Part shown: one piece after another, positions 1 to 10,574 of the stretch
Position numbering within the stretch: the first letter of the stretch is position 1
Layout of the letters: the number at the start of each line of letters is the position of its first letter
Source: Polyangiales bacterium
GTDB lineage: Bacteria; Myxococcota_A; Polyangia; Polyangiales; Ga0077539
Assembly (NCBI GenBank): GCA_044229975.1
Contig: JBGARZ010000013.1
Coordinates: forward strand, 96,001-160,000
Direction: 5' to 3'
DNA length: 64,000 nucleotides
Position numbers and translations under genes: made by a program
The notes under the pieces: generated by a model
Database searches by the model: none
Told to the model about the DNA's origin: nothing
The model's input: only the letters and a program-made list of their open reading frames with translations

Positions 1-800
1 TGGTTGTCCCCGGTGAGCACCCGAAACGGCGGACGAAACATCGCCACCGTCGCGCCCGCATCACCCACCGCCACGCCGTTGCCCTGCGCCGACGAGCTCG
101 CGAGCACGTCCGTCGCCGTCGCCGTCACCGCCCCGCGCGACGGCCCCGCCCACGCCACCAGCAGCGGATCACCCGGCGACGGATCGACCGCCACCGACAC
201 CTGATCGAGCCCGCAGGTGTCGGCCACCAGCCGCAGCGCGCTCCACCCTGCCGCGCCCCGCACCCGATGTCGCAGTTGCGCCCCGCCCATGCACGACCCG
301 CCCGTCACCGCGTAGACCACGTGCAGCGCTCCGCCCGCGCCCAGCGCCATGCTCGCGACGCTCGGCTGCTCGGTGCCCTGCAACGTCACCGGCTCCGGCG
401 CCGACCACGTGTCGCCGAGGAAGCGCCGCACATACAGCACCGTCCCGATGGCCCCGTCGGCGCGGGTGAGCACCGCGGGCGTCGGCTCGCTGGTCACCCA
501 CGCCACCGTCTCCGAGGTCGTCCCCGCGGGGCGCACCCACTGGATGCCGCCGGTCCATGCGGTGCCGACGCGCTCGATGATGGTCACGCCCGGGCCGTCA
601 CCCCGCGCGCTGGTGATCGCCAGGAAGTCTCGGCCCCCTGGCGCGTGGACGGGCCACACCGAGAGCAGCGCCCCGTCCGACCGCTGCTGCACCACCTGCG
701 GCTGGCTGAAGCGCCACGCCGTCGGCGTCTCGTCGGGCTCACCGCAGGCCGAGTACGCGAGACACCACACCGCCACCAACGCCGACCGGAGAGCGCGCAC
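1..800 (-). CDS. Putative lipoprotein, beta-rich (propeller-like); runs off the window start
   Basis: Not in the ORF track; read manually from GTG at 800: MRALRSALVAVWCLAYSACGEPDETPTAWRFSQPQ..., lipobox-like YSA-C; starts 11 nt after the htrA stop. Confidence 0.6.
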   Translation of the reverse strand, partial: MRALRSALVAVWCLAYSACGEPDETPTAWRFSQPQVVQQRSDGALLSVWPVHAPGGRDFLAITSARGDGPGVTIIERVGTAWTGGIQWVRPAGTTSETVAWVTSEPTPAVLTRADGAIGTVLYVRRFLGDTWSAPEPVTLQGTEQPSVASMALGAGGALHVVYAVTGGSCMGGAQLRHRVRGAAGWSALRLVADTCGLDQVSVAVDPSPGDPLLVAWAGPSRGAVTATATDVLASSSAQGNGVAVGDAGATVAMFRPPFRVLTGDN

Positions 801-811
801 TGCATCGTTCC

Positions 812-2191
812 TTACTGGGTGTTTCCCACCGCGAGCCCGACGTACTCCTGGGTCGCGCCACGCCGCACCAGAAACACCGCGCGACCATCCCGCGCCGCGG
901 CCACCACGTCGTCGGTCCCGCGCACCGGGCGACGGTCGGCCTCCACCACGACGTCCCACGGACGCAGCCCCGCGCGGTCGGCCGCGCCGCCCCGCTGCAC
1001 CGCGCGAATCACGACGCCGATGCCCGGCTCCAGCCCGATGCGCGGCGCAAGCTGCGGGGGTAGCGCCTCGATGGTGATGCCGAAGCCCGTCGGCCCCGGC
1101 TCCGCGGGCGGCGGCGGCGGTGGAGCGCTCGGCGGCGGCGCCTCGCCAGGTCGCAGCCCGGTGGTGACCGAGACGTTCACGCGCTGACCGTCGCGCAGCA
1201 CCGTCATCGGGATGACCTCGGCGTGGGCGTGCGTGGCCAGCATCCGGGTGACGTCGTTGCGTCCGCGCACGGGTCGACCGTCCATGGCCACGACGACGTC
1301 CGACAGGCGAAGGCCCGCCGCCGCCGATGGGCTCCCGGCGAGGACGGCGCTCACCAGCGCGCCGCTACCGGGCGCACCGAAGGTGCCGAGGTCGGGGGTG
1401 AGGTCTTGCACGTAGAGGCCGATCCAGCCGCGGGTGACCCGACCTGTCGCGAGCACCTGCCGCATCACCTGCTGGACGATGCGCGCCGACACCGCGAACC
1501 CGATGCCCGACCCGCGGCCCACGACCATGGTGTTGATGCCGAGCACCTCGCCGCGGAGGTTGATGAGCGCGCCACCCGAGTTGCCCGGGTTGATGCTGGC
1601 GTCGGTCTGGAGGTAGTCCTCGACCTCGTTGACGCCGAGGCCGCCGCGACCGGTAGCCGACAACACACCGTGGGTCACGGTGGCTTCGAGGCCGAAGGGC
1701 GCGCCGATGGCCAGCACCCACTCGCCCACGCTGGCGGCGTCGCTGTCGCCGAGGCGCGCCGTGGGGAGCCCCGTGGCCTCGATCTTCACCACCGCGAGGT
1801 CGGCCGAGGGATCGCTGCCGAGCACCCGCCCCGCGAACGATCGCCCGTCCCGCAGTCGCACCTGGATGCGCGTCGCGCCTTCGACGACGTGGTGGTTGGT
1901 GACGATGACCCCGTCGGCCCGCATCACGACGCCGGAGCCGCTGCCGTGGCTGCGCTGGGCCTCCTCGGGCGGAGCGCCCCAGAAGCCGGGTGCGTTGTAG
2001 AGCTGCTGATCGCCCCGCGGATCGGATTCGACGTGGATGGTGACCACCGACGGGAGGGCGCGGGCGGCCACCTCGGTGAACACCCGCCCGAGCTGGAGCG
2101 CCGCCTCGGCTCCGGGCGGGGCCTGCGCGCCTGCGAGGCGCGGTGCAGCGAGGGAGAGGGACAGGGCCAGGAGCAGCGACGACCGACGCAT
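812..2191 (-). CDS. degP: HtrA/DegP (Do-family) serine endoprotease with PDZ domains
   Basis: Signal peptide MRRSSLLLALS; TNHHVV, DLAVVKI and QTDASINPGNSGG catalytic motifs; two PDZ-like segments. Confidence 0.9.
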   Translation of the reverse strand: MRRSSLLLALSLSLAAPRLAGAQAPPGAEAALQLGRVFTEVAARALPSVVTIHVESDPRGDQQLYNAPGFWGAPPEEAQRSHGSGSGVVMRADGVIVTNHHVVEGATRIQVRLRDGRSFAGRVLGSDPSADLAVVKIEATGLPTARLGDSDAASVGEWVLAIGAPFGLEATVTHGVLSATGRGGLGVNEVEDYLQTDASINPGNSGGALINLRGEVLGINTMVVGRGSGIGFAVSARIVQQVMRQVLATGRVTRGWIGLYVQDLTPDLGTFGAPGSGALVSAVLAGSPSAAAGLRLSDVVVAMDGRPVRGRNDVTRMLATHAHAEVIPMTVLRDGQRVNVSVTTGLRPGEAPPPSAPPPPPPAEPGPTGFGITIEALPPQLAPRIGLEPGIGVVIRAVQRGGAADRAGLRPWDVVVEADRRPVRGTDDVVAAARDGRAVFLVRRGATQEYVGLAVGNTQ

Positions 2192-2228
2192 TGGACGGCG
2201 GAGCGTACGACGACGGCGGGGCGCGAGC

Positions 2229-4475
2229 CTACTCGGTCGGGGTGAAGCGCACCCGCGAGTTGCTGACGGTGACGCAGGAGGTGCTGGTCCCGCCGCAGCC
2301 ACCGAAGGCGGCGGTGCCAGCGTTGTTCTCCAGGCCGACGGTCGCAGTCTGCGGGGAGGTCATGGCGCCGTAGGCGAGGTCGACGATGCCGGTGCCTTCG
2401 TGGACGACGACCTCGAAGTTGAGCGTTCCTCCGCCGGAGTAGTTGCTGGCCCCAACCCACTGGGCGACCCAGCGACGGTTGGGGGCGGCGCCCGTCGTGG
2501 CGATGCAGACGCCCGACGTGCTCGTCCGCAGGTCACGCCACTGCGGCGCGATGAGTCCGTTGGGGCTCGACGAGTCGGGGATGTTCCCCGAGAGGGAAGT
2601 AAGCCCGAAGCTGGGGGCGATCTGCACGTTGCCGTTGGTGACGACGTACACCGAGAAGCCTGCCGCGAGCGGCGCTCCCCACCAGCGGGTCGCGAAGGGC
2701 ACCGTCACCGAGACCCCGTAGTCGTCGTAGTCCACCAGCTCGCGACGCGAGCCGGTGGCGCTGCACGCGTCGATGTACGGCACGTCCGTGATGCTCGGCG
2801 TCGTCGCCACGTAGCGCGTGCCTCCGCCGCACACGCCGTTGCTGCACCACTGCGCGCCGACGCAGGTGCGGCCGCACATCCCGCAGTTGGTGGCGCTGCT
2901 CGTGGTGTCGACGCAGACCCCGCCGCACGCGCTCTGACCCGCCGGGCACGCGAGCCCGCACACGCCCGCGGTGCAGCTCTCTCCCGCGGCGCAGGCGCGA
3001 CCACACATCCCGCAGTGGGTGCGGCTGGTCTGGAGATCGGTGCACGCGCCCGAGCACATGGTGTCGATGGGTCGGCACGGGAGCGTCGGGCCCGTGATGG
3101 CGACGTCGCAGTACCCGACGGTCTCGCCGTAGACGTTGCGAAACTGCGAGGCCGTCTCGTGGTGGAAGTACCAGCGCCGCCAGAGGGGAGACACGGTGAA
3201 CGAGCACATGTCCCCGAGGCCACCCGCGAAGGTCGCGATGGGGGTGGTGGTCCCCTGCGGGACGCGCATGCGGGCGATGACCGTCGCGCTCTGCACATAG
3301 TCGACGTAGAGCGCGTCGCCGTAGAACTCCGCCGTCCCCCAGATCGCCCAGTTTTCACACGCGGTGCGAGCAGCGGGCAGGGCCACGGCGCCGAGGTCGA
3401 TGACGGCGCCGCTGGGCAGGCTCACGTGCCACGCGCGACCGCCGCCCATGAGGATGACGCGCTCGTAGCCCGAGAAGATGCCGACGCTGCCGGTGGCCGG
3501 GAGGTCGATGGGCTGCGAGAGGTTGACGAAGGTTCCGGTGAGGCCGCCCGTCGTGCCGTTGAGCGCCATGAGGGTGGTGACCGCGCCGCCCGTCTGCGTG
3601 AGCGGGGTCGAGCCGATGGCCAGGGTGTAGAGCGTCCCGGTGGCGAGGTCGCTGACGAGGGCGTCGTAGATGCGCCCGACGGCCTCGGGGTGGCCGAGGT
3701 CGGCGATGTCGAAGCGACCAGTGCTGGTGTCGCCCGAGTAGAAGATCCTCTCGCTGGAGAGCGCGATGCCTCCGCGGTCGTCGCCGGTCGTCGCCTCGTG
3801 GTCGATCGCGGCGCAGTTGTTGGGCGTGAGCCCCACCTGAAACGACGGCCCCGGGATGACCCCGCCGACGCAGCGACCCGCCGCGCACGTCGCCCCCATG
3901 GCGCACGCGCGGTCGCACATCCCGCAGTGGGCCGTGCTCGTCTGGAGGTTGGCGCAGGCCCCGCCGCACACCACCGTCGGCGCGGCGCACACCAGCGTGC
4001 AGGCGCCCGCGACGCACGACTGCCCGGTGGCGCAGGTGCGGCCGCAGCCACCACAGTGGGCGGTGCTCGTCTGCGTGTTGACGCACGCCCCGCTGCAATC
4101 GACGGTCGTGCCGGTGCAGCGCGGACCCGTGTCGGGCGTCCCGACGTCCACCGCGGGCGTGCCCACGTCGACCTCGGTTGAGCCCGCGTCGGGCTCGGCG
4201 TACCCGACGTCCTCCACGGCGGTGCCCACGTCGTCGGCGCCCACGACGCCCACGTCCTCGGGCTCGACGGTGCCGAGGTCTTCCACGAGTGCGGCGCCGG
4301 TGTCCTTGTCCACGGTTCCCGTGTCGGGATCGCCTGCGTCCTCGCCGCCGCCCACCTCCAGGAGGTCCCCCGCATCGGCACCAGGCAGGCTGCCGTCGCT
4401 GCGTTGCTGCGCGCACGCCAGGGGGAGGAGCGCGAGACACAGGGCGAAACCACGGAATGGGGGCGGGCGGTTCAT
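2229..4475 (-). CDS. Large Cys-rich myxobacterial-type lipoprotein
   Basis: Lipobox PLAC; acidic DVG/DAG linker; four Cys-rich repeats (C..C.GAC...QTS..HCG.C.R.C.....C..G.C); C-terminal nidogen-like IAPQWRDL segment. Confidence 0.7.
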   Translation of the reverse strand: MNRPPPFRGFALCLALLPLACAQQRSDGSLPGADAGDLLEVGGGEDAGDPDTGTVDKDTGAALVEDLGTVEPEDVGVVGADDVGTAVEDVGYAEPDAGSTEVDVGTPAVDVGTPDTGPRCTGTTVDCSGACVNTQTSTAHCGGCGRTCATGQSCVAGACTLVCAAPTVVCGGACANLQTSTAHCGMCDRACAMGATCAAGRCVGGVIPGPSFQVGLTPNNCAAIDHEATTGDDRGGIALSSERIFYSGDTSTGRFDIADLGHPEAVGRIYDALVSDLATGTLYTLAIGSTPLTQTGGAVTTLMALNGTTGGLTGTFVNLSQPIDLPATGSVGIFSGYERVILMGGGRAWHVSLPSGAVIDLGAVALPAARTACENWAIWGTAEFYGDALYVDYVQSATVIARMRVPQGTTTPIATFAGGLGDMCSFTVSPLWRRWYFHHETASQFRNVYGETVGYCDVAITGPTLPCRPIDTMCSGACTDLQTSRTHCGMCGRACAAGESCTAGVCGLACPAGQSACGGVCVDTTSSATNCGMCGRTCVGAQWCSNGVCGGGTRYVATTPSITDVPYIDACSATGSRRELVDYDDYGVSVTVPFATRWWGAPLAAGFSVYVVTNGNVQIAPSFGLTSLSGNIPDSSSPNGLIAPQWRDLRTSTSGVCIATTGAAPNRRWVAQWVGASNYSGGGTLNFEVVVHEGTGIVDLAYGAMTSPQTATVGLENNAGTAAFGGCGGTSTSCVTVSNSRVRFTPTE

Positions 4476-4652
4476 GGCGTCGGTGACGCTATCGCGACAC
4501 CCGCCCGCTTAGAAGCAAAGGATTTGTACCTATGTGGCGTAGCGCACCCCTTCGGCCGGAACCTCCGCCTCCCCACCGCTGTCCACCGCCCCGATGACCA
4601 ACCGCGCGCCGACGGTCGGCCGCGCGAGCGTCACACGAGAGGAGTCGAGGCC

Positions 4653-5024
4653 ATGATGGAGCACTTTCGCGAGGGCGGCTGGGGGATGTTCCCGACGCTG
4701 GGGTTCGGGTTGTTGATGCTGGCGGTGGCCGTTCGCTACGCGACGCGCCCGGAGCGGCGGTACGTCCCGCTGCTGCTGGGGACGGGCGTGCTGACCCTCT
4801 CCTCGGGCGCGCTGGGCTTCGTCACGGGGCTCATCACGACGTTCCGGTACATCGGTCAGGTGAGGCCCGACCAGCGGTACCTCGCGATCATCGGCATCGG
4901 CGAGTCGCTGGAAAACGTGGCGTTCGCGCTGGTGTTCGCCGTGCTGGCGTCGCTCATCGTGTCGGTCGGCGCGTGGCGCATCGCGCACGACGGGCCGACG
5001 CCATCCCCCTTGCCAAAGCACTGA
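4653..5024 (+). CDS. Small three-TM membrane protein (MotA/TolQ/ExbB-like minimal domain)
   Basis: MMEHFREGGWGMFP...; three hydrophobic helices; GGAG/GAGG upstream. Confidence 0.6.
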   Translation: MMEHFREGGWGMFPTLGFGLLMLAVAVRYATRPERRYVPLLLGTGVLTLSSGALGFVTGLITTFRYIGQVRPDQRYLAIIGIGESLENVAFALVFAVLASLIVSVGAWRIAHDGPTPSPLPKH

Positions 5025-5046
5025 GGGTTGGGCGAGTTTCCGCGGC

Positions 5047-6147
5047 ATGACCCAATCCCCCGACGAGCTTGCCCGCGCGCTCCGTGGGCGCCGGGTGCTC
5101 GTCACGGGTCACACCGGCTTCAAGGGCGCCTGGCTCACCCGCTGGCTGCTCGACCTCGGCGCCGAGGTCACCGGCTACGCCCTCGCCCCCGACACCACCC
5201 CCTCGCTCTTCGACCTGCTCTCCCTCGACCGGCACGTCCGCCATCACATCGGTGACATCCGCGACCTCGACCGCCTCCGCGCGGTCGTCGCGGAGTGCGC
5301 GCCCGACGCGGTCTTCCACCTCGCGGCCCAGCCGCTGGTGCGACGCAGCTACGCCGAGCCGCTGCTCACCCTCGACACCAACGTGATGGGCACCGCGCAC
5401 GTGCTGGAGGCCCTGCGCCTCGCCGGCCGCCCCTGCGCGGCGGTGATGGTGACCTCGGACAAGTGCTACGAAAACCGCGAGCAGGTGTACGGCTATCGCG
5501 AAGACGAGGCCATGGGCGGCCACGACGTCTACTCGATGTCCAAGGGCGCCGCGGAGCTGGTCATCGCCTCGTGGCGGCGCAGCTTCTTCCCGCCGTCGCA
5601 GCTCGCCACGCACGGCATCGCCGTGGCCTCGGCGCGCGCGGGCAACGTCATCGGCGGTGGTGACTGGGCCGCCGATCGCATCATCCCCGACTGCGTGCGC
5701 GCCCTCCGCGGGGGAGAGCCCATCGCGGTGCGCAACCCCGGCGCGGTGAGACCGTGGCAGCACGTGCTGGAGCCTCTTGGGGGATACCTCCTGCTCGCGG
5801 CGCGGATGCTCACCAGCGACACCGCCGCCCGCGCCCGCCTCTGCGAGGGGTGGAACTTCGGTCCCCAGACCGAGGCCACCCGTCCGGTTCGCGACCTGGT
5901 GGGGGCGCTCATCGCGACGTGGGGTTCGGGCTCGTGGGACGACCGCTCGGATGGCGCCGCGCCGCACGAGGCGAAGGTGCTGCGGCTCTCCATCGAGAAG
6001 GCCTGGGCGCATCTCGGGTGGTCACCCCGCTGGGCCTTCGAGCGCACCATCGCCGAGACGGCTCTCTGGTACCGCACCTGGAGTGATGGCGCCGACGGTG
6101 CTGCCCTCGACGCGCTCTGCGCCGAGCAGATCCGCCGCTACTCCTAA
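5047..6147 (+). CDS. rfbG: CDP-glucose 4,6-dehydratase
   Basis: [54 protein letters not shown]. Confidence 0.95.
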   Translation: MTQSPDELARALRGRRVLVTGHTGFKGAWLTRWLLDLGAEVTGYALAPDTTPSLFDLLSLDRHVRHHIGDIRDLDRLRAVVAECAPDAVFHLAAQPLVRRSYAEPLLTLDTNVMGTAHVLEALRLAGRPCAAVMVTSDKCYENREQVYGYREDEAMGGHDVYSMSKGAAELVIASWRRSFFPPSQLATHGIAVASARAGNVIGGGDWAADRIIPDCVRALRGGEPIAVRNPGAVRPWQHVLEPLGGYLLLAARMLTSDTAARARLCEGWNFGPQTEATRPVRDLVGALIATWGSGSWDDRSDGAAPHEAKVLRLSIEKAWAHLGWSPRWAFERTIAETALWYRTWSDGADGAALDALCAEQIRRYS

Positions 6148-6188
6148 CCCCGCTTCGTAAGCCCCAACGAGAGACCCCAGAGACCCCT

Positions 6189-7592
6189 ATGTCCAAGGAC
6201 GACGACGCCCTGGAGAAGCAGCTCACCAGCGAGATCCTCGAACGCGTCCGGCAGATCGCGCGCCTGCGCGACGAGTCGACGGCGGAGTTCAGGCCCGGTC
6301 GCACGCCGGTGCGGTACGCGGGCCGGGTCTACGACGAAAACGAGATGGTCAACCTCGTGTCGAGCTCGCTGGAGTTCTGGCTCACGGCAGGGCGCTGGCA
6401 CCGACGCCTGGAGGCCGACCTCGCGGCCTGGTTCGGGCTCGACCACGCGCGCCTCGTCAACAGCGGGTCGAGCGCCAACCTCCTGGCCACCGCGTCGCTC
6501 ACGTCCCCCAACTGGGGCGACCGACGACTGCGTCCGGGGGACGAGGTCATCACCGTCGCGGCGGGCTTCCCCACCACCGTCGCGCCCGCGATGCAGCTCG
6601 GGCTCGTGCCGGTGTTCGTCGACATCGAGCTGCCGACCTTCAACGTCGACGTGACGCGGCTGGAGCTCGCCCGCTCGCCCCGCACCCGCGCCGTGATGAT
6701 CGCCCACACGCTGGGCAACCCCTTCGACCTCGGCGCCGTCACGGCCTTCTGCAAGCAGCACGGGCTGTGGCTGGTGGAGGACAACTGCGACGCCGCGGGC
6801 TCGCGCTACCACGGGCAGCTCACCGGAACCTTCGGCGACCTCGCGACGCTGAGCTTCTACCCGGCGCACCACATGACGACGGGCGAAGGCGGCGCGGTGC
6901 TCTGCAACGGCGACGAGATGCTGCGGGTGGTGGAGTCGATCCGCGACTGGGGCCGCGACTGCTGGTGCGTGGGCGGAACCGACAACACCTGCGGCAAGCG
7001 CTTCGAGTGGCAGCTCGGCGAGCTCCCCACCGGCTACGACCACAAGTACACGTACAGCCATCTTGGCTACAACCTGAAGATGACCGACATGCAGGCCGCC
7101 GTCGGCCACGCGCAGCTCTCCAAGCTCGAAGGCTTCGGCGACGCGCGACGCAGGCACTGGAAGTTTCTGCGCGAGCGACTCGACGGGCTCGCCGATGTGC
7201 TGGTGCTGCCGGAGCCCACCGCGGGGAGCGACCCGAGCTGGTTCGGGTTCATGATGGCGGTGCGCGAGGGCGTGGGGTTTACGCGCGACGAGATGGTGCG
7301 GCACCTGGAGTCGCGGCGCATCCAGACGCGCATGCTCTTCTCGGGCAACCTCACGCGGCAGCCCGCGCTCACCCGCCTCGCGGAAGACTGCGCCGCCCGC
7401 GGCATGCCCGCGCCCTACCGCGTCGCGGGCGACCTCACGCGCACCGACTTCGTCATGAACCAGGGCTTCTGGATCGGTGTGTACCCGGGCATGACCGAGG
7501 CGATGCTGACCTTCATGGCCGACGAGATCACCGCCTTCGCGCGATCGCGGGCGGGCGCACCGCCGCGGCGGATGCTGCCGACGGCGCCGTAG
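6189..7592 (+). CDS. rfbH: CDP-4-keto-6-deoxyglucose 3-dehydrase (RfbH/DdhC, E1)
   Basis: [25 protein letters not shown] (His at the usual PLP-Lys position), RDWGRDCWC...[18 protein letters not shown]. Confidence 0.93.
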   Translation: MSKDDDALEKQLTSEILERVRQIARLRDESTAEFRPGRTPVRYAGRVYDENEMVNLVSSSLEFWLTAGRWHRRLEADLAAWFGLDHARLVNSGSSANLLATASLTSPNWGDRRLRPGDEVITVAAGFPTTVAPAMQLGLVPVFVDIELPTFNVDVTRLELARSPRTRAVMIAHTLGNPFDLGAVTAFCKQHGLWLVEDNCDAAGSRYHGQLTGTFGDLATLSFYPAHHMTTGEGGAVLCNGDEMLRVVESIRDWGRDCWCVGGTDNTCGKRFEWQLGELPTGYDHKYTYSHLGYNLKMTDMQAAVGHAQLSKLEGFGDARRRHWKFLRERLDGLADVLVLPEPTAGSDPSWFGFMMAVREGVGFTRDEMVRHLESRRIQTRMLFSGNLTRQPALTRLAEDCAARGMPAPYRVAGDLTRTDFVMNQGFWIGVYPGMTEAMLTFMADEITAFARSRAGAPPRRMLPTAP

Positions 7593-7593
7593 G

Positions 7594-8904
7594 TCAGAGC
7601 GTGCGGTCGGGCACGCGCCGCGCGGTCCAGGTGCCGAGTCGGGCGCGCAGCTTGTCGGTGAAGCGATAGGGCGTGATGGGGGTCGGCATGGTGTAGGGAC
7701 CGAGGAGGTTGCCCATCCACGCCGCGGCGGCGCTCACGTCGGTGATGCCGAAGGGTGCGAGGTCGACGGTCAGCATGCCGTAGGGGTCGATGCCGAGGGC
7801 GGGCCCGCGCGCGGCGCCGACCACCGGGCGGTTGGGCACGAGGCGCCGGAGGGCCGCGATGTACCCCTTCAAGGCGCGGTCGTTGCGCGTCTGGGCGACA
7901 GCCTCCAGCCGCGCGACGGTGTCCGACCAGCGGTCGGGGGTCATCCGGGAGATCTCGCGGAAGAAGGCCGCGATGACCATCGGGCGCACCGGCCGGAGGC
8001 GACCGCCGAAGGCGTGGTCGTCCGCCTGGAAGAACGCCTCCATCACCGCCAGCAGGATGGACCCGGGGATGATCGCGAGCCGCGGGTGCGGGGCGATGTC
8101 GTTCTCGGCGAGGAAGCGGTCGCGCGGCGCGGCGTTGGCGGGCATCGCGCCAAAGGCCGACCCGGTGCTGTGCCCGGAGGCGGCGTTGAGCGAGAAGGGG
8201 CGCGTCGAGTACAGGTACCAGGGGAGCTCGGACAGCACCGCGAAGCCGGAGTAGGCGTCGGGGATGGACGAGTGGAAGAAGCGCCCGTCGCGGCGTCGGA
8301 TGGCGTGCAGCGCCCGCGCGTCGACGAAGCTGTTGTAGAGCGACGGGCAGCGGTAGTACGGCAGCCAGAGGTTCTTGACGTCGCGCAGGGCCGCGTCGCT
8401 CTCGTAGCGGATGAGCCTGTTTTCCAGGGGGACGCTGCCGGAGTTGCGACGCAGCGGCTCCGGAAACGAGGGCCACATGTACTCGGCCTTGCGCCACGAC
8501 AGCGCGCGCGCGCCGGTCGCCCGCAGCACCGCGGCGACGTCGTCGAGGGCCCCCGGCAGCAGCGCGTCGTCGTCGCCGAGGTAGTGGACGAAGTTGCCCG
8601 GCTCGTCGTCGACGGCCGCGAGGGCGAACTCCCAGTTGCCGCTCATGCTCGTGCGACGACCGGTGTTGACGTACCGCACGCGCGGGTCGCCGAAGGACTC
8701 CACCACCGCGCGGGTGGCGTCGACGCTTGCGTTGTCGCTCACCACCACGGTGAGCCCCGGCGACGACTGATCGAGGCAGGTCTGCAACGTGTACCGGAGC
8801 GTGTCGCAGCGCTCGCGGGTGGGGATGACCACGGTGAACCTCACCGGGGGACCGCCCCCCTCCCGAGGGCCCGTCGGGGCCGCGGCGTCCGTCGTCGACT
8901 TCAT
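7594..8904 (-). CDS. Glycosyltransferase family 2
   Basis: FTVVIPTRER, VSDNAS, LGDDD (DxD) motifs. Confidence 0.85.
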   Translation of the reverse strand: MKSTTDAAAPTGPREGGGPPVRFTVVIPTRERCDTLRYTLQTCLDQSSPGLTVVVSDNASVDATRAVVESFGDPRVRYVNTGRRTSMSGNWEFALAAVDDEPGNFVHYLGDDDALLPGALDDVAAVLRATGARALSWRKAEYMWPSFPEPLRRNSGSVPLENRLIRYESDAALRDVKNLWLPYYRCPSLYNSFVDARALHAIRRRDGRFFHSSIPDAYSGFAVLSELPWYLYSTRPFSLNAASGHSTGSAFGAMPANAAPRDRFLAENDIAPHPRLAIIPGSILLAVMEAFFQADDHAFGGRLRPVRPMVIAAFFREISRMTPDRWSDTVARLEAVAQTRNDRALKGYIAALRRLVPNRPVVGAARGPALGIDPYGMLTVDLAPFGITDVSAAAAWMGNLLGPYTMPTPITPYRFTDKLRARLGTWTARRVPDRTL

Positions 8905-9023
8905 CGATTCTCTCGGGGTGACAAGGGTGGAGCGGCGGCACGCTTGCCCCCACCACAGAGCGTTGTCAACGGCCGTCGCGCCCTTGTCGCCCGCGGCGCC
9001 CGCGGGTACTCCGTCGACACCCG

Positions 9024-10571
9024 ATGGCCTCGCCTTCCGCGCTCCCGGCGGTCTCCCGCCGCCTCACGACCCTCTTCAACCTCCTCTTCAATTACGCCAG
9101 CGTCCTCCTCGTCGTGGTGCAGGGCATCGTGCTGATGCCGCTCTACCGCCGGCACGTCCCCGACGCGCTCCTCGGCGCCTGGATGGCGACGGGCAACCTC
9201 CTCACCTGGCTGGAGCTCGTCGACCCGGGGACCAGCGACGTCATCCGGCAGCGCGTCGCCCATCACTACGGCGCCAACGACCGCGCCGCCCTCGCGCGCA
9301 CCATCGGAACCGGCATCCGCCTGAGCCTCGGCTTCGCGTGCATCCCCCTGCTCGGCTGGCCGTTCGCGGACCTCGCCTGCGCCGCCGCCAGCGACCTCAC
9401 CCGGCTGTCTCCCGCGGACGCCGCGTCCCTCGTCACGAGCTTCCGCGTCGGGCTCCTCGGGGTCTCCCTCTCCCTCGCCTCGTACGGCTTCTCCGCCGTG
9501 TGCAGCGGCCTTCAGCTCGCGCTCAAGTCCGGGCTCTTCTTCATCGCCACGGGGGTGCTCAGCATCGTCATCACCGTGGTGATGGTCCTGCTCGGCTATG
9601 GCCTCGTGGCCATCCCGACGGGCCTCGCGGTGCGCGCCGCGCTGATGTCCCTCTCCTTCGCGTGGCTCGTCTACCGCTGGAAGCGCGAGCACCTCCCCGA
9701 GCCGATGACCCTCGACCCCGTCGAGGCGCGGCAGGTGCTCTCGCTCACCGCCACGACCTTCACCAGCCGCCTCGGGACGACGCTCCTCGACCGCCTCGAC
9801 GCCTCGCTCATCGCGCGCGTGCTCGGCAACACGCAGACCTTCACCTACGGCGTCACGGGGCGCGCGCTGGAGCCCGTGCGCATGGTGAGCGTGAGCCTCC
9901 CGACCTCGCTCATGCCGAGCCTCTCGCACATGGTCGGCGCCGGCGAACGCACCGAGATCGCCCGGGTCGTCGCGCTGCTCTCGCAGGTGACCGGGACCTT
10001 CGTCGCGGTGGGCGCCGGGTCCGTCGCCGCCCTCGACGCGGTGTTCGTGCGGGTGTGGCTCGGGCCGGCGGTCTTCGGCGGGCCGGACCTCATCGCGCTG
10101 CTCGCGGTCTCCACCTCGCTCTCGGTGTTTGCGGTGACGCTCAACCGGGTGGTGTCGTCCCTCGGCGCGATTCGTCAGGCCGCGTGGGTGTCGCTCGCCG
10201 AGGCGGTGGTGAAGGTGCCGCTCCAGTTCTTCCTGCTGCGCCGCCTTGGACTCATCGGGCTCCCGATCGCCACCTGCGTCGGCGCGATGTCCGTCTCCGG
10301 CTGGTACCTGCCCTCCCTCGTCGCCCGGCTGGTCGACGAACCCCCGTGGCGGCACGTGCTGCGCAACCTCGGCAACGCCGCCCGCGTGGTCGTCGCCGTG
10401 CTCATCGGCCGCGCCCTGCACACCCTCATCGACCGGCTCCCGGTGGCCTGGACCGTCGGGCGCTTCGTGGTCGCCGCCGTGGTGGTGGGCGCGTTCTTCT
10501 CGGCGCTCGGCCTCGCCACCGACCGCCACCTCTTCGAGCGCCTGCGCGCGGCGCTCCGCCGCAAGCGCTGA
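9024..10571 (+). CDS. Polysaccharide flippase (Wzx/MOP family)
   Basis: About a dozen hydrophobic helices; lies in a sugar cluster. Confidence 0.75.
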   Translation: MASPSALPAVSRRLTTLFNLLFNYASVLLVVVQGIVLMPLYRRHVPDALLGAWMATGNLLTWLELVDPGTSDVIRQRVAHHYGANDRAALARTIGTGIRLSLGFACIPLLGWPFADLACAAASDLTRLSPADAASLVTSFRVGLLGVSLSLASYGFSAVCSGLQLALKSGLFFIATGVLSIVITVVMVLLGYGLVAIPTGLAVRAALMSLSFAWLVYRWKREHLPEPMTLDPVEARQVLSLTATTFTSRLGTTLLDRLDASLIARVLGNTQTFTYGVTGRALEPVRMVSVSLPTSLMPSLSHMVGAGERTEIARVVALLSQVTGTFVAVGAGSVAALDAVFVRVWLGPAVFGGPDLIALLAVSTSLSVFAVTLNRVVSSLGAIRQAAWVSLAEAVVKVPLQFFLLRRLGLIGLPIATCVGAMSVSGWYLPSLVARLVDEPPWRHVLRNLGNAARVVVAVLIGRALHTLIDRLPVAWTVGRFVVAAVVVGAFFSALGLATDRHLFERLRAALRRKR

Positions 10572-10574
10572 CCG

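Noticed and set aside
4558..4585. ECF sigma-like promoter GGAACC...GTC
   Set aside because: Short motif with imperfect spacing that could arise by chance
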